Source of the DNA: Eledone cirrhosa
Taxonomy: Eukaryota
Assembly (NCBI GenBank): GCA_964016885.1
Contig: OZ024745.1
Coordinates: 66,154,001 to 66,218,000 of the forward strand
Direction: 5' to 3'
Length of the DNA: 64,000 bases
Position 1 is the stretch's first letter, and every line of letters starts with the position of its first letter. Position numbers and translations under genes: made by a program. Shown here in pieces: positions 1-16,149 of this stretch. The notes beneath the pieces are model-generated. The model saw nothing but the letters and a program-made list of their open reading frames with translations, was not told where the DNA came from and searched no databases.

Positions 1-71
1 GGACGTAAAATGATGATGATATTGAAATAATATTCAGTGAAGTTTTAAGCAGTGTATATTATATATATATA

Positions 72-389
72 TGGCTTAGTGGTTAGAGCCTTACAATCGA
101 AAGGTTGTGAGTTCAATTCTCAGACCAGGTGATGTGTTGTTTCCTTGAGCAAGACAATTTATTTCACATTGTTCCAGTTTACTCAGCTGTAGAAATGAGA
201 TGATAGGGACTGGGGTCTATATCATTCCACTGCAAAGTGGTCGTGGAGGTGCCACGGCAAAAAAGCACCCAGCACTCACTGTAAATAAGGTTGGTGTTAG
301 GAAGGGCATCCAGCTGTAGAAATCAAGCCAGAATCAGTTCCCGTCCCACCCTTGCAAGCAGGGAAAAGCGGACGTAAAATGATGATGAT
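72..389 (+). mobile_element. tRNA-derived SINE, family A (CORE-like centre, RTE-type 3' tail)
   Basis: A-box-like TGGCTTAGTGGTTAGAGC and B-box-like GAGTTCAATTCTC. CORE-like TTCCTTGAGCAAGAC...CTGTAGAAATG. Tail CCCTTGCAAGCAGGGAAAAGCGGACGTAAAA(TGA)n. A near-identical inverted copy lies at 3641-4020. Confidence 0.85.
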
Positions 390-3300
390 ATGTGTGTATG
401 AGTGTGTGTTTGAGCAATAAAAACAGAAGTCAGGTGTAGGTTGAGAGTTAGTTTATATATATTTATACATATATATACTTACATGTGTGACCTTGAACCA
501 ACACTCTGCAAGATGCATGTTACACTTTTATGTTTGACACACATGAACCAATGAAGGAATAATATACAGTTTTATGTCTATCAAAATCTTCAACATTCTG
601 ATACAGTGTTACAGATTATTAAGTAAAAATATGAAATCTTGTATTCTTACTGCAATAAACAAAATTAGTATTGTGACAGTTCATGAACTAAGCAAAGAAG
701 TGCCCTTATAATGAGTAATGCAGCTGCAAGATTATAGTATAGTAGTAATTTCTCCCTTAATTCAGTTATTATACCAACATTACTACCTAGAAGTAGTATA
801 TAATCCACTACCAAATGTTAAAACCTATCATTTTACTGCTGCCAACCAATGATATTTAGTCTAATTAGTGTTCACTATGAGCTAACATCAAGTTCATTAT
901 TTTGTTATCTACTTGTTTGAATAAATGTGTGTGTTTATGTGATTTGTTAAATCTACGACACCATTTAGACTTTTTGTCGTTCATCCAGCCCCTATCCCAC
1001 TCAGTGTTTTTAACTAAAATGTGTTGTTAACATTGCTGGTAATGACGACATGGTCATGGTCTCTCTCTCTCAGTAAAGTTGAAGGTCAATATTTTTAACA
1101 ACATTCTGAAATCACTTCAGGATACGTATGAAGTGTTGGAACTGAAAACCAACAACTTCTATAGTATCTCAGACTACAAAACAGTAATAGGAATGTCAAA
1201 AAAGAGAAACAAATTTTAGGATGCAATTCTAACATCAGTCACTGAAGATGTTGTCCTTTCCCGAAAAGAAATGTTCAGATGTGGGATGTTCAATGTCATT
1301 TTAGATTAGTTGACTGCTGCAAGGTAGCAATCAGATCGTGACAATCCTATGCAGTTTACCTGCTATAGAGATCCTTATATAGAGATAAGAACTGAAGCTG
1401 GAAAACATATCACTGTTTTCCCCTATCATGTTACTAATAGAAGAAGTTATCTGGTTTGTCAGTCCATGTCTCACCCCATCTCAACTGTAAGCTTTACTCC
1501 ATATTAAGGGCTTGCTGATACTATTTCAAGTAATAATGTAGCTCTTAGAATATATTTCAGCTTGATGGCTACTAGTTGTTCTAGTGCAAATTAACACACA
1601 TAAATATATTACAATAACTATGCTGTCTGCAGGGACAGCTAAATTACCACTCAGACTGGGGTTTAGAGTTTTCCCCTCCTCCCTCTCTCTTTTTCCTTCG
1701 TTGCTGCATTCTCTTTTTTGTTTCCTCTTTACCTTTACTTTTCTTGTTTAATTTAGATATTCCAGACTGAAAGAAACAATTTTATGCACATACTACTTAC
1801 CTGAACGATGAAAGAATATCTGTTCTCTGCATGGATAGAGAAAACAGTGTTTTCAGATGCCAAGTGTAGAGAGAAAAACGTTTTGTAGCTATCTATGTAT
1901 ATACCATTGCAACATTTAACTATTTATATGTTACCCTATTATATGTATGTGTATATAACTTGTCAGTTCTAACTGCATGTACTAACTGAACTTTGATAAA
2001 TAAATGTGATATTTTGCAGTCTATCTTAGTTTTATTGTGAGAGGAGAATACCAAAAAAACATTTATAGGGATGATGTAGAAATAAAAACCAGAGCAGTAT
2101 TGAGGGGCAATGCAACTGATAGGTCAATGTGTAGAAACTTGTCATGGGACTCGAAACGATAACTTTTAGCAAGGAAAATGTTCTTAAAATGTTAATTTTT
2201 GTTTTATTAGTCATCCACTAAAACTGAAGTACCCTGGACACCCTAACGTCTAAATTCAGTTACTTTCATTTAGGTACATGGCATATATTTTCTAAAACAT
2301 CAGTACTATTCCTGTAGATATTTTTACCAGCTTTTTAACACATTTGTTGTAAACATAACCGGGATACTGAGTTGGTATAGCTTCAACAACAAGCTAATGT
2401 GAAAAAGGAAGAAAATTATGAATCCGCTTTGCTATAACATGGTGAACATAAAACAACAAGCTTTTATTGAAAATAACAGCTACTAAAGAGAAAACATCTT
2501 GTAAATAAAGCAATTCCAGAACCATTGAATTAAAATTAAATCATCAATGATGCCTGGTGAGATGTTTACCACAAATACAGACATAGCATTGCAAACCACA
2601 CTGCAAACTATAGTTAGATTTACATGCACACATACACATAGAATGAGCTAAATTCTATTGGATTTCTAAAGCAATTAAATGGTGTGTGAAATCAAAAGGA
2701 TGTGGAACTAAAAAGCTGTAAAATCAGAAAGAATATAAACAAAGTCCTTTATTTTAATCAATTGGTGCATCTTTTAATAGGAAGAATTTCCAGGAAATGT
2801 AAAGGAGAAAATAAAGACAGCCTGGTAAACCAGCTTCAGACATTAATGGAAAAGACAAGTTCCAATACATTTTTTTTTCTTCAGAAAGTTGAAATGTTTA
2901 CTGAATATATATTTATTTTGTAGTGTTCTATAATATTGTTTTTTATTTACCATTGTGTTTATAGTTATGATATATTTATAAGATTGTGAATATTCCAATT
3001 TTGAAAACTCTATTTTCATATCAATGCACTTTAGACACATCTTCAATAAAATGTTTCATTAGCTTTTACTCAGTTTGATATTTTCTTTCCTTAGAAAATC
3101 TGTTTTGACTGTGAAGAAAATGTTGTTTCTATTCCTATGTTAACAGAAAACAAAATATATTTCCAGTCTTCGCTAGAAGAGACTCTTTTATCTCTTCAAA
3201 AACATACTGTATGATTTTAGTATATGCTCATATACATGCTGACAATAATTAAATCAGATAATTTGTATATCATATAAGCTTAGTAAACCAAATCTGCAGC

Positions 3301-3640
3301 ATCATGTTAAATACTTCATAGAATTATTTCTATTATTCTATCCTCAATACACTCAATGTATTTCGCTATAATGAGTATCCTAGTAAAAGAAACGTCTCCA
3401 CTAAATTAATTTGTGCTCAATATGCTGCATGAGGGGGAAGTCTCCATTATGGACCATCAGACTTTTATTTTTCATTTAAATTTACTAATAATTACAGGCA
3501 TTCCAACTGTGTAACACTTGTTCTAAGCTGTTGTGCAGCTTGGGTGCAATATAATGTAACACAATCCAAGGGAGTGGCTGATAAAGATAGATACTTTTAT
3601 TTATTTGTTTTTTTTTTATGGTGTGCAACTTTCACATATA

Positions 3641-4221
<581 letters not shown>

Positions 4222-4538
4222 ACTTGTTCACGTGACAGCCAAATTTCATTTATAACCAACCAAAAAAAAAAAAAAAACCCTTCGTGAGCCTCCTTTTTTC
4301 AAGTAAAAAGAAATTCAAACACTCATATATGAAAAAACAACCTGTGACAACCCCCCCTCTCTTATTTGAAGAACTATTGTAACGCGAACTGGCGCAAAAT
4401 TTATTATAATTATTGACAAACCAATCAAATTACTTCTCGAAAAACCTGGAATTTCGAGCCACTTTTTCCATATAAAACAAGTAACATTCAGAGACCAACC
4501 AGATGTGAGAAAAACCACAGACCCTCCATCTCAACTCA

Positions 4539-4576
4539 CCTTTTGAAAAGCAGAAGAACTGCGAAACCGGTAAAGG
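4539..4576 (+). ncRNA. Minimal hammerhead ribozyme motif, U3:A8 core variant
   Basis: CCTT-TTGAAAA-GCAG(AAGAA)CTGC-GAAA-CCGG-TA-AAGG: stem I CCTT/AAGG, stem II GCAG/CTGC, palindromic CCGG in place of stem III, GUA cleavage triplet. Confidence 0.7.
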
Positions 4577-4710
4577 AACCAAATAAATATATATATTTAA
4601 AAAAAAAATAAGACTTCAGTTGCATTTTCGATTTCATCACTTTTTCTTTATACTTTCACGCGTGTAGGACACCTCGGTTATTTTTCATTTTGTAAAAAAA
4701 AAAACCTCAC

Positions 4711-4749
<39 letters not shown>

Positions 4750-5126
4750 AAAAAAGGAAAAGAATGAGTTCACTTGTAGTTCTAAACAATTTAATTTAAT
4801 TTCATAATATTATGATTTTACAATTTGGTTTTGTAGTTCTAGTAAGTTCTTTGTTAACTTCGGTGGGGAGATTTTTAAAGATTCCTGGTTAACTTTCCGA
4901 GAGAACTGTCTCACATTCGTCGGTTATTATTGTCACGGTTTGACAATCGGCAACAATAAATGCGAGAAAGTTCTCCTGGAAGGTTAACAACGAATCTTTA
5001 AAAATATCCCCCACCCCCGAAGTTAAAGTATTTATTAGATCTACAAAACCATATTGTAAAATCATTACATAAAATTAAATTAAGTTGTTTAGAACTACAA
5101 ATAAAGACATTCTTTTACCTTTTTTA
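4750..5126. repeat. Imperfect ~375-bp palindrome between (TA)n tracts
   Basis: Arms pair, e.g. TTGTAGTTCTAAACAA/TTGTTTAGAACTACAA, TTTTTAAAGATTC/GAATCTTTAAAAA and TTAACTTCGG/CCGAAGTTAA. Centre TGTCA-CGGTT-TGACA at ~4937. Confidence 0.8.
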
Positions 5127-5170
5127 GATATACCTAACTGTACCAAGGATTTCACACATTTTCCATTTTC

Positions 5171-5258
<88 letters not shown>

Positions 5259-5397
5259 TAAAATAACAGATTAAAGTTTAAGCAAAGAATCGCTGCTTTC
5301 ACCCTTAACGGGATCTTCTGAAACTAACTTATATATTTGATATATATTTATCCTTATCGAGCCCTCTTTGGATTTTAGTCTTCAAATTTATTATTAT

Positions 5398-5529
<132 letters not shown>

Positions 5530-5530
5530 C

Positions 5531-5561
<31 letters not shown>

Positions 5562-5700
5562 AGTGTAAGTTTCTACACAAAACGAAGGTTATAGAGAAAA
5601 TTGAGGTTGGTAATGGCACATGAAATATATAAGAGACAGAATACTTTTTTGTGAAAAACATATAATTTTATAAGGTAAGGAAATAATAAAGGGTATAAAA

Positions 5701-5746
5701 AATGACCGGTTTCGATGGGTCTGCAAAAGCCATCTTTTCAAATGTT
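5701..5746 (-). ncRNA. Hammerhead motif in Neptune pLTR (U3:A8 variant); inverted copy at 8567-8614
   Basis: Reverse complement reads TTGAAAA-GATGG(CTTTTGCAGAC)CCATC-GAAA-CCGG-TC. Stem I is weak (AACAT/ATTTT). Confidence 0.6.
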
Positions 5747-6848
5747 GATTAATATTAAGAAAATTAATAATAAGAAGAGTTAAAATTTGAGATTTGAAAA
5801 TTCAAGTATAAAATTCAGTGTGGGATTTCATAGTAGTTTTCATCTTGGTAGCAGCAAGTTGACTGCTGTGTGCCTTTCTGGTAGTGAATGAGGAGTTATT
5901 TGGGGGAGTGGGTTATTTTATAAAGGTCAGATTTAGCAATGGCCAGATGGCCAGCTGCTGGTCAGTGAGGGGGTGGAAGCAATATACATACATATATCTC
6001 CCTGTGGTCGGTAGGAGAGGGGAGAGTGATAGATAGGGATTTAGTGCTCTTACACCTATATATACACACATACCCTCATCCACACAAACATATACATATA
6101 CATACATATATATATATACATACATATATATATATATATATACATATATATACATATACATACACACACATATATACACATACACACACATATATATATA
6201 CACACACACACATACATATACATACACATACATCCAGATACACACATACATACACACACACACACACATATATATATATATGTGTACATACATATATACA
6301 CACACACACATACATACACATACACACACATATATATATACACACACACACATATATATACACATACGCATACATCCAGATACACACATACATACACACA
6401 CACACACAATACATACACATACATACATCCACATGCACACACATACACACACATACACATACATACACCCACACACATAGAGAAATGGCCTCCAAATATA
6501 TATATATATACATACATACACATATTTTTTCCATAATATAAGAAGTTAGGACAGTGAAATTAAAATACAAGTCATTCTGATCACATTGAGTTCTTCATGT
6601 AGATTGGGCCCCGCAACCGACAGTGGTGAATTCTATGTGCGCATATATATATAGATATATGTGTGTGCACGTGCAGGGTTTAACATAGATGTGTTGGTCA
6701 CACAAAGGCATGGTCTGTCAACGAATAAACCTGATTCTACAGAATTGGTCTCTGGTCTTTAATAGTAGTGATAATTATATACATGCACACATACACACAC
6801 ATATATCTGTCACGACGTGCGTATGTGTGTTTATATTTTATGACAATT

Positions 6849-8393
6849 CTATTGGGGTGATAACCCGTTTAGTTTTGGTTTAAATTTGTTAAGGAATAGA
6901 TTTTCTTTGTTTATTCTTTGTTGCTGTGTGAACGAATCTGGGCACTTGTAGAAGGGGAATATTTTAAAGTTGGGTAGTGTCATTCCTGCGCAGTTCGCAA
7001 TATGGCTGCTCAAGAGGATTTTTCTTGTGTTAGCGTCCCGGATTTGTTGGCGGTGGATGGTCATTCTTTTGCGTAATGAGGTGCCCGTCTGTCCTATGTA
7101 GATGTGTTTGCACCCACCGCAAGTTATTGCGTAACTCAAGTTCTCCGAGTTGCAGGTGAAATTGTTTTTTACTGTAAATGTTTGGCCATCTTTAAATGTA
7201 AATGTTTGTCCTTCAGTGAGGTAGAGGCACGTTCCACAGTTTGTTCTACCACATTTGGTAACTGTAGGGTTGAGGATTGGTTTGGGTATATTTGGTCCAG
7301 TGAGAATGCGTTTTAGTGATTTGGATTGTCTTTTACTTTTAAGGATCTTGTGTGTTTCAAGAATAGACTTCATTTTTACATCTTTAAGTAGGATGGGGAG
7401 GTTTTTGTGTAGGTGATCAAACATTTCGGTATTTCTGGGGTTGAAGGTGGATACATATGGCAGGGTGTTGAGTGTGGTTTTCTGTTTTGGATTGTTAAGT
7501 TGATGGGGATTTAGGTGTTTTGCCCTGTCTATTCCATTATTGATTATTTCAAGTGGAAAGGCTCTGAAGATAAGGGTGTCTTTTAGTTCCTTTAGTCTTT
7601 GCTCCCGTTTAGGGGGATCTGATACTATGGTACATATACGTTTGGCCAAATTGTAAGGAATGTTAAGTTTTGTATGTTTTGGGTGACTTGATGTGAAAAA
7701 GAGGTATTGCTTGGAATCTGTGGGTTTATAGAATATATCTGTATCTAATTTCCCGTCTATTACAGAGATGAGAATATCCAAGAAGGCTAATTCCTTGGGA
7801 TTGGATTCTATTGTGAATTGTATGTTATTATCTATGTTGTTTATCATGTTTTTAAACATAGTAAGTGAGTTCATGTCTTCTTGCCATAGGATAAAGCAGT
7901 CGTCTAGATATCTTTTCCAATTGGCTTTGAGGTGTGTGTGGAAAGAGTCTCCAAATAAGAGAAGGGACTGACTGTATATTTGTTGTTCATGGAATCCCAT
8001 GACTAGGTTGGCATATGTGGGTGCTACTTTCGTGCCCATTGCAGTACCTGATACTTGTCTGTATGTTGAACCATTGAATGTGAAGTAGTTATTTTGTAGG
8101 ATAAAGCGGAGTCCGTCAGTGATAAAATCTTTATTGATGCGTGTCGGTATTTCTGATGGGTGTGTGTTAAGCCAGTATTGGACTGCTGTTATTCCATAGT
8201 TGTGGGGTATGTTTGTGTAGAGGTTTATTACGTCAAAGGAGACAAGAATTGTATTTGCACTTACTGTTTTAGGGAGGTGCTTCAACATGTCAAGGTCATC
8301 TTTTATGTAGCTCTGTATATGTTGTAGAAAGGGTTTCAGTAGGAAAGTTGCTAAGTCTGTGGGTTTCACATGTAGGGCCTGCTATAATTGGCC
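6849..8393 (-). pseudogene. PLE reverse transcriptase / GIY-YIG endonuclease (5'-truncated)
   Basis: Motifs SFDVINLYTNIP, GTAMGTKVAPTYANL, WKRYLDD, Cys linker KCGRTNCGTC and YAITCGGCKHIYIGQTG...LRKRM..H. A shifted frame at 8345-8393 reads PIIAGPTCETHRLSNF (RT motif-2 region), so truncation is inside the RT. Confidence 0.93.
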
Positions 8394-8713
8394 AAAATAA
8401 CACACTCCCCCAAATAACTCCTCATTCACTACCAGAAAGACACACAGCAGTCAACTTGCTGCTACCAAGATGAAAACTACTATGAAATCCCACACTGAAT
8501 TTTATACTTGAATTTTCAAATCTCAAATTTTAACTCTTCTTATTATTAATTTTCTTAATATTAATCAACATTTGAAAAGATGGCTTTTGCAGACCTATCG
8601 AAACCGGTCATTTTTTATACCCTTTATTATTTCCTTACCTTATAAAATTATATGTTTTTTCACAAAAAAGTATTCCGTCTCTTATATATTTCATGTGCCA
8701 TTACCAACCTCAA

Positions 8714-8844
<131 letters not shown>

Positions 8845-8888
8845 AAAGAATAGAAGAGCAAACATCACGGACGCTCTATCTCAAAATT

Positions 8889-8926
8889 ATTTTTGAAAAG
8901 CATTTAGAAATGCGCAACCGGTAAAA
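8889..8926 (+). ncRNA. Degenerate hammerhead motif (GAAA mutated to GCAA)
   Basis: TTGAAAA-GCATTT(AG)AAATGC-GCAA-CCGG-TA, inside a ~200-bp island (8841-9040) bounded by (TA)n. Confidence 0.45.
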
Positions 8927-9040
8927 CTTAAAACCAAAACTGAATACTAACCAATACAATTACTAATTCTCATTTATTCCTAATTAAACTATTTTTCACT
9001 GTGAACAATTTGTCAGCATTTTCTATTCCGTTTTCCAATA

Positions 9041-9096
<56 letters not shown>

Positions 9097-9121
9097 TATA
9101 TAGATATATATATATATATAT

Positions 9122-11191
<2,070 letters not shown>

Positions 11192-11484
11192 TGTATATAT
11201 ATATAGTCATGTAATAAACAAAATAAGGCAATTATTTCATTTACCAGTGGTTCCTTGAAAGCAAACAAATTTTGCTTTCAATCATCAGAATGAAAAAGTC
11301 CTGGTGTATTTATTGACATTGGATTTAAAAACAAAAATATAATCTATATGAAAGTGAGGCTGGAAAAGGAAGAAGGAAAGGAAAAATAAACACACATGCA
11401 CACACACACACACACACAATTACATACACACACACATATATACATACACATATATATACATACATATACACATATATATATATA

Positions 11485-11781
11485 TACGATATATTATCAA
11501 ATAGAAACTATATTTATAAAACCATATTTATTTCATTATACATATTTCAAGGACACCAAGTTAAATTATGGTGCGCTTTCATCAGATAATTTTATCTGAT
11601 GAAAGCGCATCATAATTTAACTTGGTGTTCTTGAAATATGTATAATGAAATAAATATGGTTTTCTAAATATAGTTTCCATTTGTTAATATATCGTATTTT
11701 TACTCCAATAATTTGTTGAGTGCTTCATATCAGTTATAAAAATATTTGCTTGTTGTATCCCAACAATCTAAATAGAAGTTC
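11485..11781 (+). mobile_element. Short palindromic PLE-derived insert with head-to-head hammerheads
   Basis: Near-perfect palindrome 11485-11696 centred at 11590. The right arm reads CTGATGA-AAGCGCATCA...TGGTGTTCTT-GAAA-TATG-TA. The insert is absent from the mirror sequence at ~25650. A related copy lies at 35095-35256. Confidence 0.75.
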
Positions 11782-11782
11782 T

Positions 11783-11855
<73 letters not shown>

Positions 11856-12160
11856 CGTACACATATACATACACGTACAAATACACATACATATACATAT
11901 ACATACATACACACATATATATCAACATATCCATACATACACATACATACAAATACACAAACACACACACACACACATGTATATATATATATATATATAT
12001 ATACATCTATATATATATACATACATACACACAATCATATATATACACACGTACATACACACACACATACATACATAACAATAAATACATACACACACAT
12101 ACACATACATATACATATACACATACATACACATACACATATACATACACACACACACAC

Positions 12161-12209
<49 letters not shown>

Positions 12210-12325
12210 CACATACATATACATACATATACACACACACATATATAGAAATACATACACACACATGAATGTGTGTAAACTCATTCTTAGATGTATTCAT
12301 TGAACCTTGTTTAACTCTTAAATAA

Positions 12326-12356
<31 letters not shown>

Positions 12357-12787
12357 CATACATATACACACACACATATATAAGAAAATACATAAATATT
12401 ATATATATATAAAAATAAAAAGGTGAAAGGGGTAAACAAATAGTTGGGAATACGACAAATAATAAATAAATAAATAATTAGAAAGGGGTATAAATGTTTA
12501 TAGCTGATTTAGAGCACTCAACAAGATCCTGGAGCAAATGATCAATGAAAATAAGCATTAAATCACTGTATGTAATAATTCATATACATACATATATACA
12601 TATACATATATATACACACACAAACACACACAAAACCATAAAATACACACATATATACATACATATACGTATATATATATATACATATAAGAAAAAGTAT
12701 GACCCCGACGGCAGAGCACAAGCCGTTTCTGAGGCTATTATATATATACACACATAAACAATTATATAAAAATACACACAAATATAA

Positions 12788-12837
<50 letters not shown>

Positions 12838-12845
<8 letters not shown>

Positions 12846-13345
12846 GGATGTATATATAATGTATTTTGCAATACACTTTATGCTTAATTAAAAGCATTTT
12901 GAAGACCGTAAGCTATTGTTTTTTAGAGTAGTGACAAATTCACTTACTTTGATCTCAGCAAACAGGGGAGATAAGCCGACAAGGCCTTGTTTCGCTTTTG
13001 TTGAAGCTTATCAAGGCTAACTACTCCCACCTGTCTACCGAGATCACTGATGTTATATTCTTATAGAATTCTGATTATTTACTAGAATTCTATAAGAATA
13101 TAACATCAGTGATCTCGGTAGACAGGTGGGAGTAGTTAGCCTTGATAAGCTTCAACAAAAGCGAAACAAGGCATTGTCAGCTTATCTCCCCTGTTTGCTG
13201 AGATCAAAGTAAGTGAATTTGTCACTACTCTAAAAAACAATAGCTTACGGTCTTCAAAATGCTTTTAATTAAGCATAAAGTGTATTGCAAAATACATTAT
13301 ATATACATCCATATATATATTGCTATTTCAGAGCTCCAATTCTAA
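12838..13345 (+). mobile_element. Short palindromic PLE-derived insert with head-to-head hammerheads (U3:A8)
   Basis: ~235-bp near-identical arms around an 11-nt spacer (13073-13083). Intact motif on minus at 12974-13018: AGCC-TTGATAA-GCTT(CAACAA)AAGC-GAAA-CAAG(GC)CTTG-TC-GGCT. The plus copy at 13138-13182 has two changes. The insert is absent from the mirror at ~16510. Confidence 0.8.
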
Positions 13346-13373
13346 TTTATATATATATATATATATATACATA

Positions 13374-13423
<50 letters not shown>

Positions 13424-14043
13424 CACACACAAATACAACAGAAGCATATAAAATACAATTAAATACACACATACATATACATACAGATATATATAAACAT
13501 ATATACACATACATATACATACTCATATATATATATATATACACATATACGCAACACTTACACAGAAATAAATATCTAAAAATAAAAAGGTGGGTATGTA
13601 AAGGGTAAGGTAGAAAGTAGGGGGGGGGGATAAGGAAAATAAATGACATAGGAAAAGATTTAAATATAAAGGGAGATAAGGGATAAAAAGACTATAAGAG
13701 TACAGAAAGTGAGTTCAGAAGGTAAAAAAATCGTAGTGGATGTAAGGCATAGAGAGCAGAGAAGAAGTTCAAGGTGGTTGAGTTATCGTAGGAATGTCAA
13801 TCCAGTTACAGATCAGATGTGATTTCAGGTGAGGACAACATCGGAAGATCTCGGTCTTGGAGTTCAGGCAAGTTGAAGTGGCTTTCAAGTTTTGTAAAAT
13901 CCTAAATATTTCAGTGGTACACAAAGAACAATTCTTTGTGCCCCTTTGGTACTCCCTCAAATGGTCTAAAATAGACCAATCGATAGAGTACGGGATGTTT
14001 TTATCCTTGATCCCACACCTTATTTGCGAGAGTCGTTGCTGTT

Positions 14044-16149
14044 CTTTTATGAATTGGATTATTCAATCAAAAATATACCTACTCCTTCCAACACAACTTA
14101 TACCAAACTGCTTATAGATAAAATCGAACAAGTCGTTAAAAGAATGAGATGGAAGGCAATGGTTTACGATGGACTATACAGTGCTGATACTAATGATTGT
14201 TTTGACATAAAATCCCGTAAATACCCACCTAGAATTAAAGACATGGCCAACTTCGAATTAGACCTTGTTAATTTAATTAGTGATATCAAATTTCGTAAGT
14301 ACAATAATAATTTTCAAACGAAACTGTTTAACGATATTTCTAATTTTAAAAATTCTACAAATACTTTTGTTCTTTCCGATAAATCTAAAAATATCTTTGA
14401 TGTTAATAGTATTTTGTATAACCAACTTTTAACTAATAGTATCACCAACAAATATCAATTAACTAATAATAGTACCTACAATACTATTAATAAAGAAGCT
14501 AAAGAACTATCTAGTTCTTTAAAATAGACAACCGGATTGAAAGCCTAGCGAAACGTAAAGAATATATTACCCTTAAAGGCCATAAATTAGACTTTACTAA
14601 TCGACCTAGTTGTAGACTGATTAACCCGGCTAAATCAGAAGTCGGCCTTGCGAGTAAAAAAATCTTAAGAAAAATAATTCTCCAAATTAGAACTAAGACT
14701 GACTTATCACAATGGTTATATACATCCTCTGTTATTTCTTGGTTTAATAATATACAAGGTAGTAATAAGTGTAGATTTACCCAATTTGATATTGTTGATT
14801 TTCACCCCTCTATTACTGTGTCCTTATTAACTAATGCCTTATGTTTTGCAAGATCCTTCATTAATATTTCTAAATTAGAAGACATTATCTTTCATGCTAG
14901 AACAACTTTACTGTTTACTAATGAAAGTATTTGGGTTAAAAAGTCAAACCCTGAAAACTCTTTTGATGTTGCAATGTATTCATATGACAGTGCGGATGTG
15001 TGTGACTTAGTAGGATTATTCCTTCTCCACACCCTCAAAGAGAAATTTCCTTCCCATAATATCGGTTTATACCGTGACGACGGATTGGCAGTTTCTCATA
15101 CCACCAACGGCCATAACCTTGATAAATTCCGTAAAAATTTAATCAATAATTTTGCTAATCTTAACCTTAAAATTACTATAGATACGAACCTTACCAATGC
15201 TAACTTTCTTGACTTTAATCTTGATCTACTTACTGCCTCTTTTAAACCTTATCATAAACCTAACGAAAATCTTAGATATATACACAGAGGCTTGCCATCC
15301 CCCTATAGTTTTTAAAAATCTTATTCCCAACATTAGCCGTAGGATTTCTACCTTATCTTCGTCTCTAGACATTTTTAATAAAGCCGCCCCTTATTATAAT
15401 AAAGCCCTTAATAACAGCGGATTTACAGAACACATTAATTACTTACCTACTCCTCTCCCTAAAACTAAACACAATAATAGGAAAAGGAAAATTATTATCT
15501 CTCTAACTGTCAAAACTAATGTAGGAAGGAAATTCGTTGACCTCTTAGACAAACATTTTCCTCCTAATCATAGTTATTATAAGATATTTAATAGAAATGT
15601 AGTTAAAATCAGTTACTCTTGCTGCCCATCAATGAGGTCTAAAATTACTAATTCTAATCGTACGAGAATAAATCCAGGATGCAGTTGCAGGAAGCCGGAT
15701 GAATGCCCATTACAGGGCAAATGTAACACCAAATCCGTCTATATGAGGCCAAAGTGACACCTTTAATTAACAACCAGCCAGCCAGGAGTGAACGATATGT
15801 TGGCATGACTCAGGACAGGTTTAAAACCAGGTTTTATGCACATGTTGCTTCTTTTAAACACTCCGATAAAATAACAGCAACGGCTCTCGCAAATAAGGTG
15901 TGGGAATTCAAAGATAAAAACATCCCGTACTCTATCGATTGGTCTATTTTAGACCATTCGAGGTAGTACCAAAGGGGCACAAAGAATTGTTCTTTGTGTA
16001 CCACTGAAATATTTAGGATTTTACAAAACTTGAAAGCCACTTCAACTTGCCTGAACTCCAAGACCGAGATCTTCAGATGTTGTCCTCACCTGAAATCACA
16101 TCTGATCTGTAACTGGATTGACATTCCTACGATAACTCAACCACCTTGA
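14044..16149 (+). pseudogene. Naiad-type PLE RT / GIY-YIG ORF, frameshifted
   Basis: Motifs YSIKNIP, KRMRWKA, RLINPAKSEVG, QFDIVDFHPSI, GLYRDDGL, CSCRKPDECPLQGKC, YVGMTQDRFKTRF..H, CSLC and CCPH. Frame breaks near 14524, 15285 and 15745. Premature TAG at 15964, which is GAG in the inverted copy. Confidence 0.9.

Noticed and set aside
72-135. tRNA gene
   Set aside because: Only A- and B-box remnants are present, followed by SINE body and tail; no complete cloverleaf. The same applies at 3960-4020, 27030-27050 and 50915-51000.
2066-2185. Exon-like frame NIFLAKSYRFESHDKFLHIDLSVALP on the minus strand
   Set aside because: Weak acceptor, no convincing donor and no family I can name with confidence.
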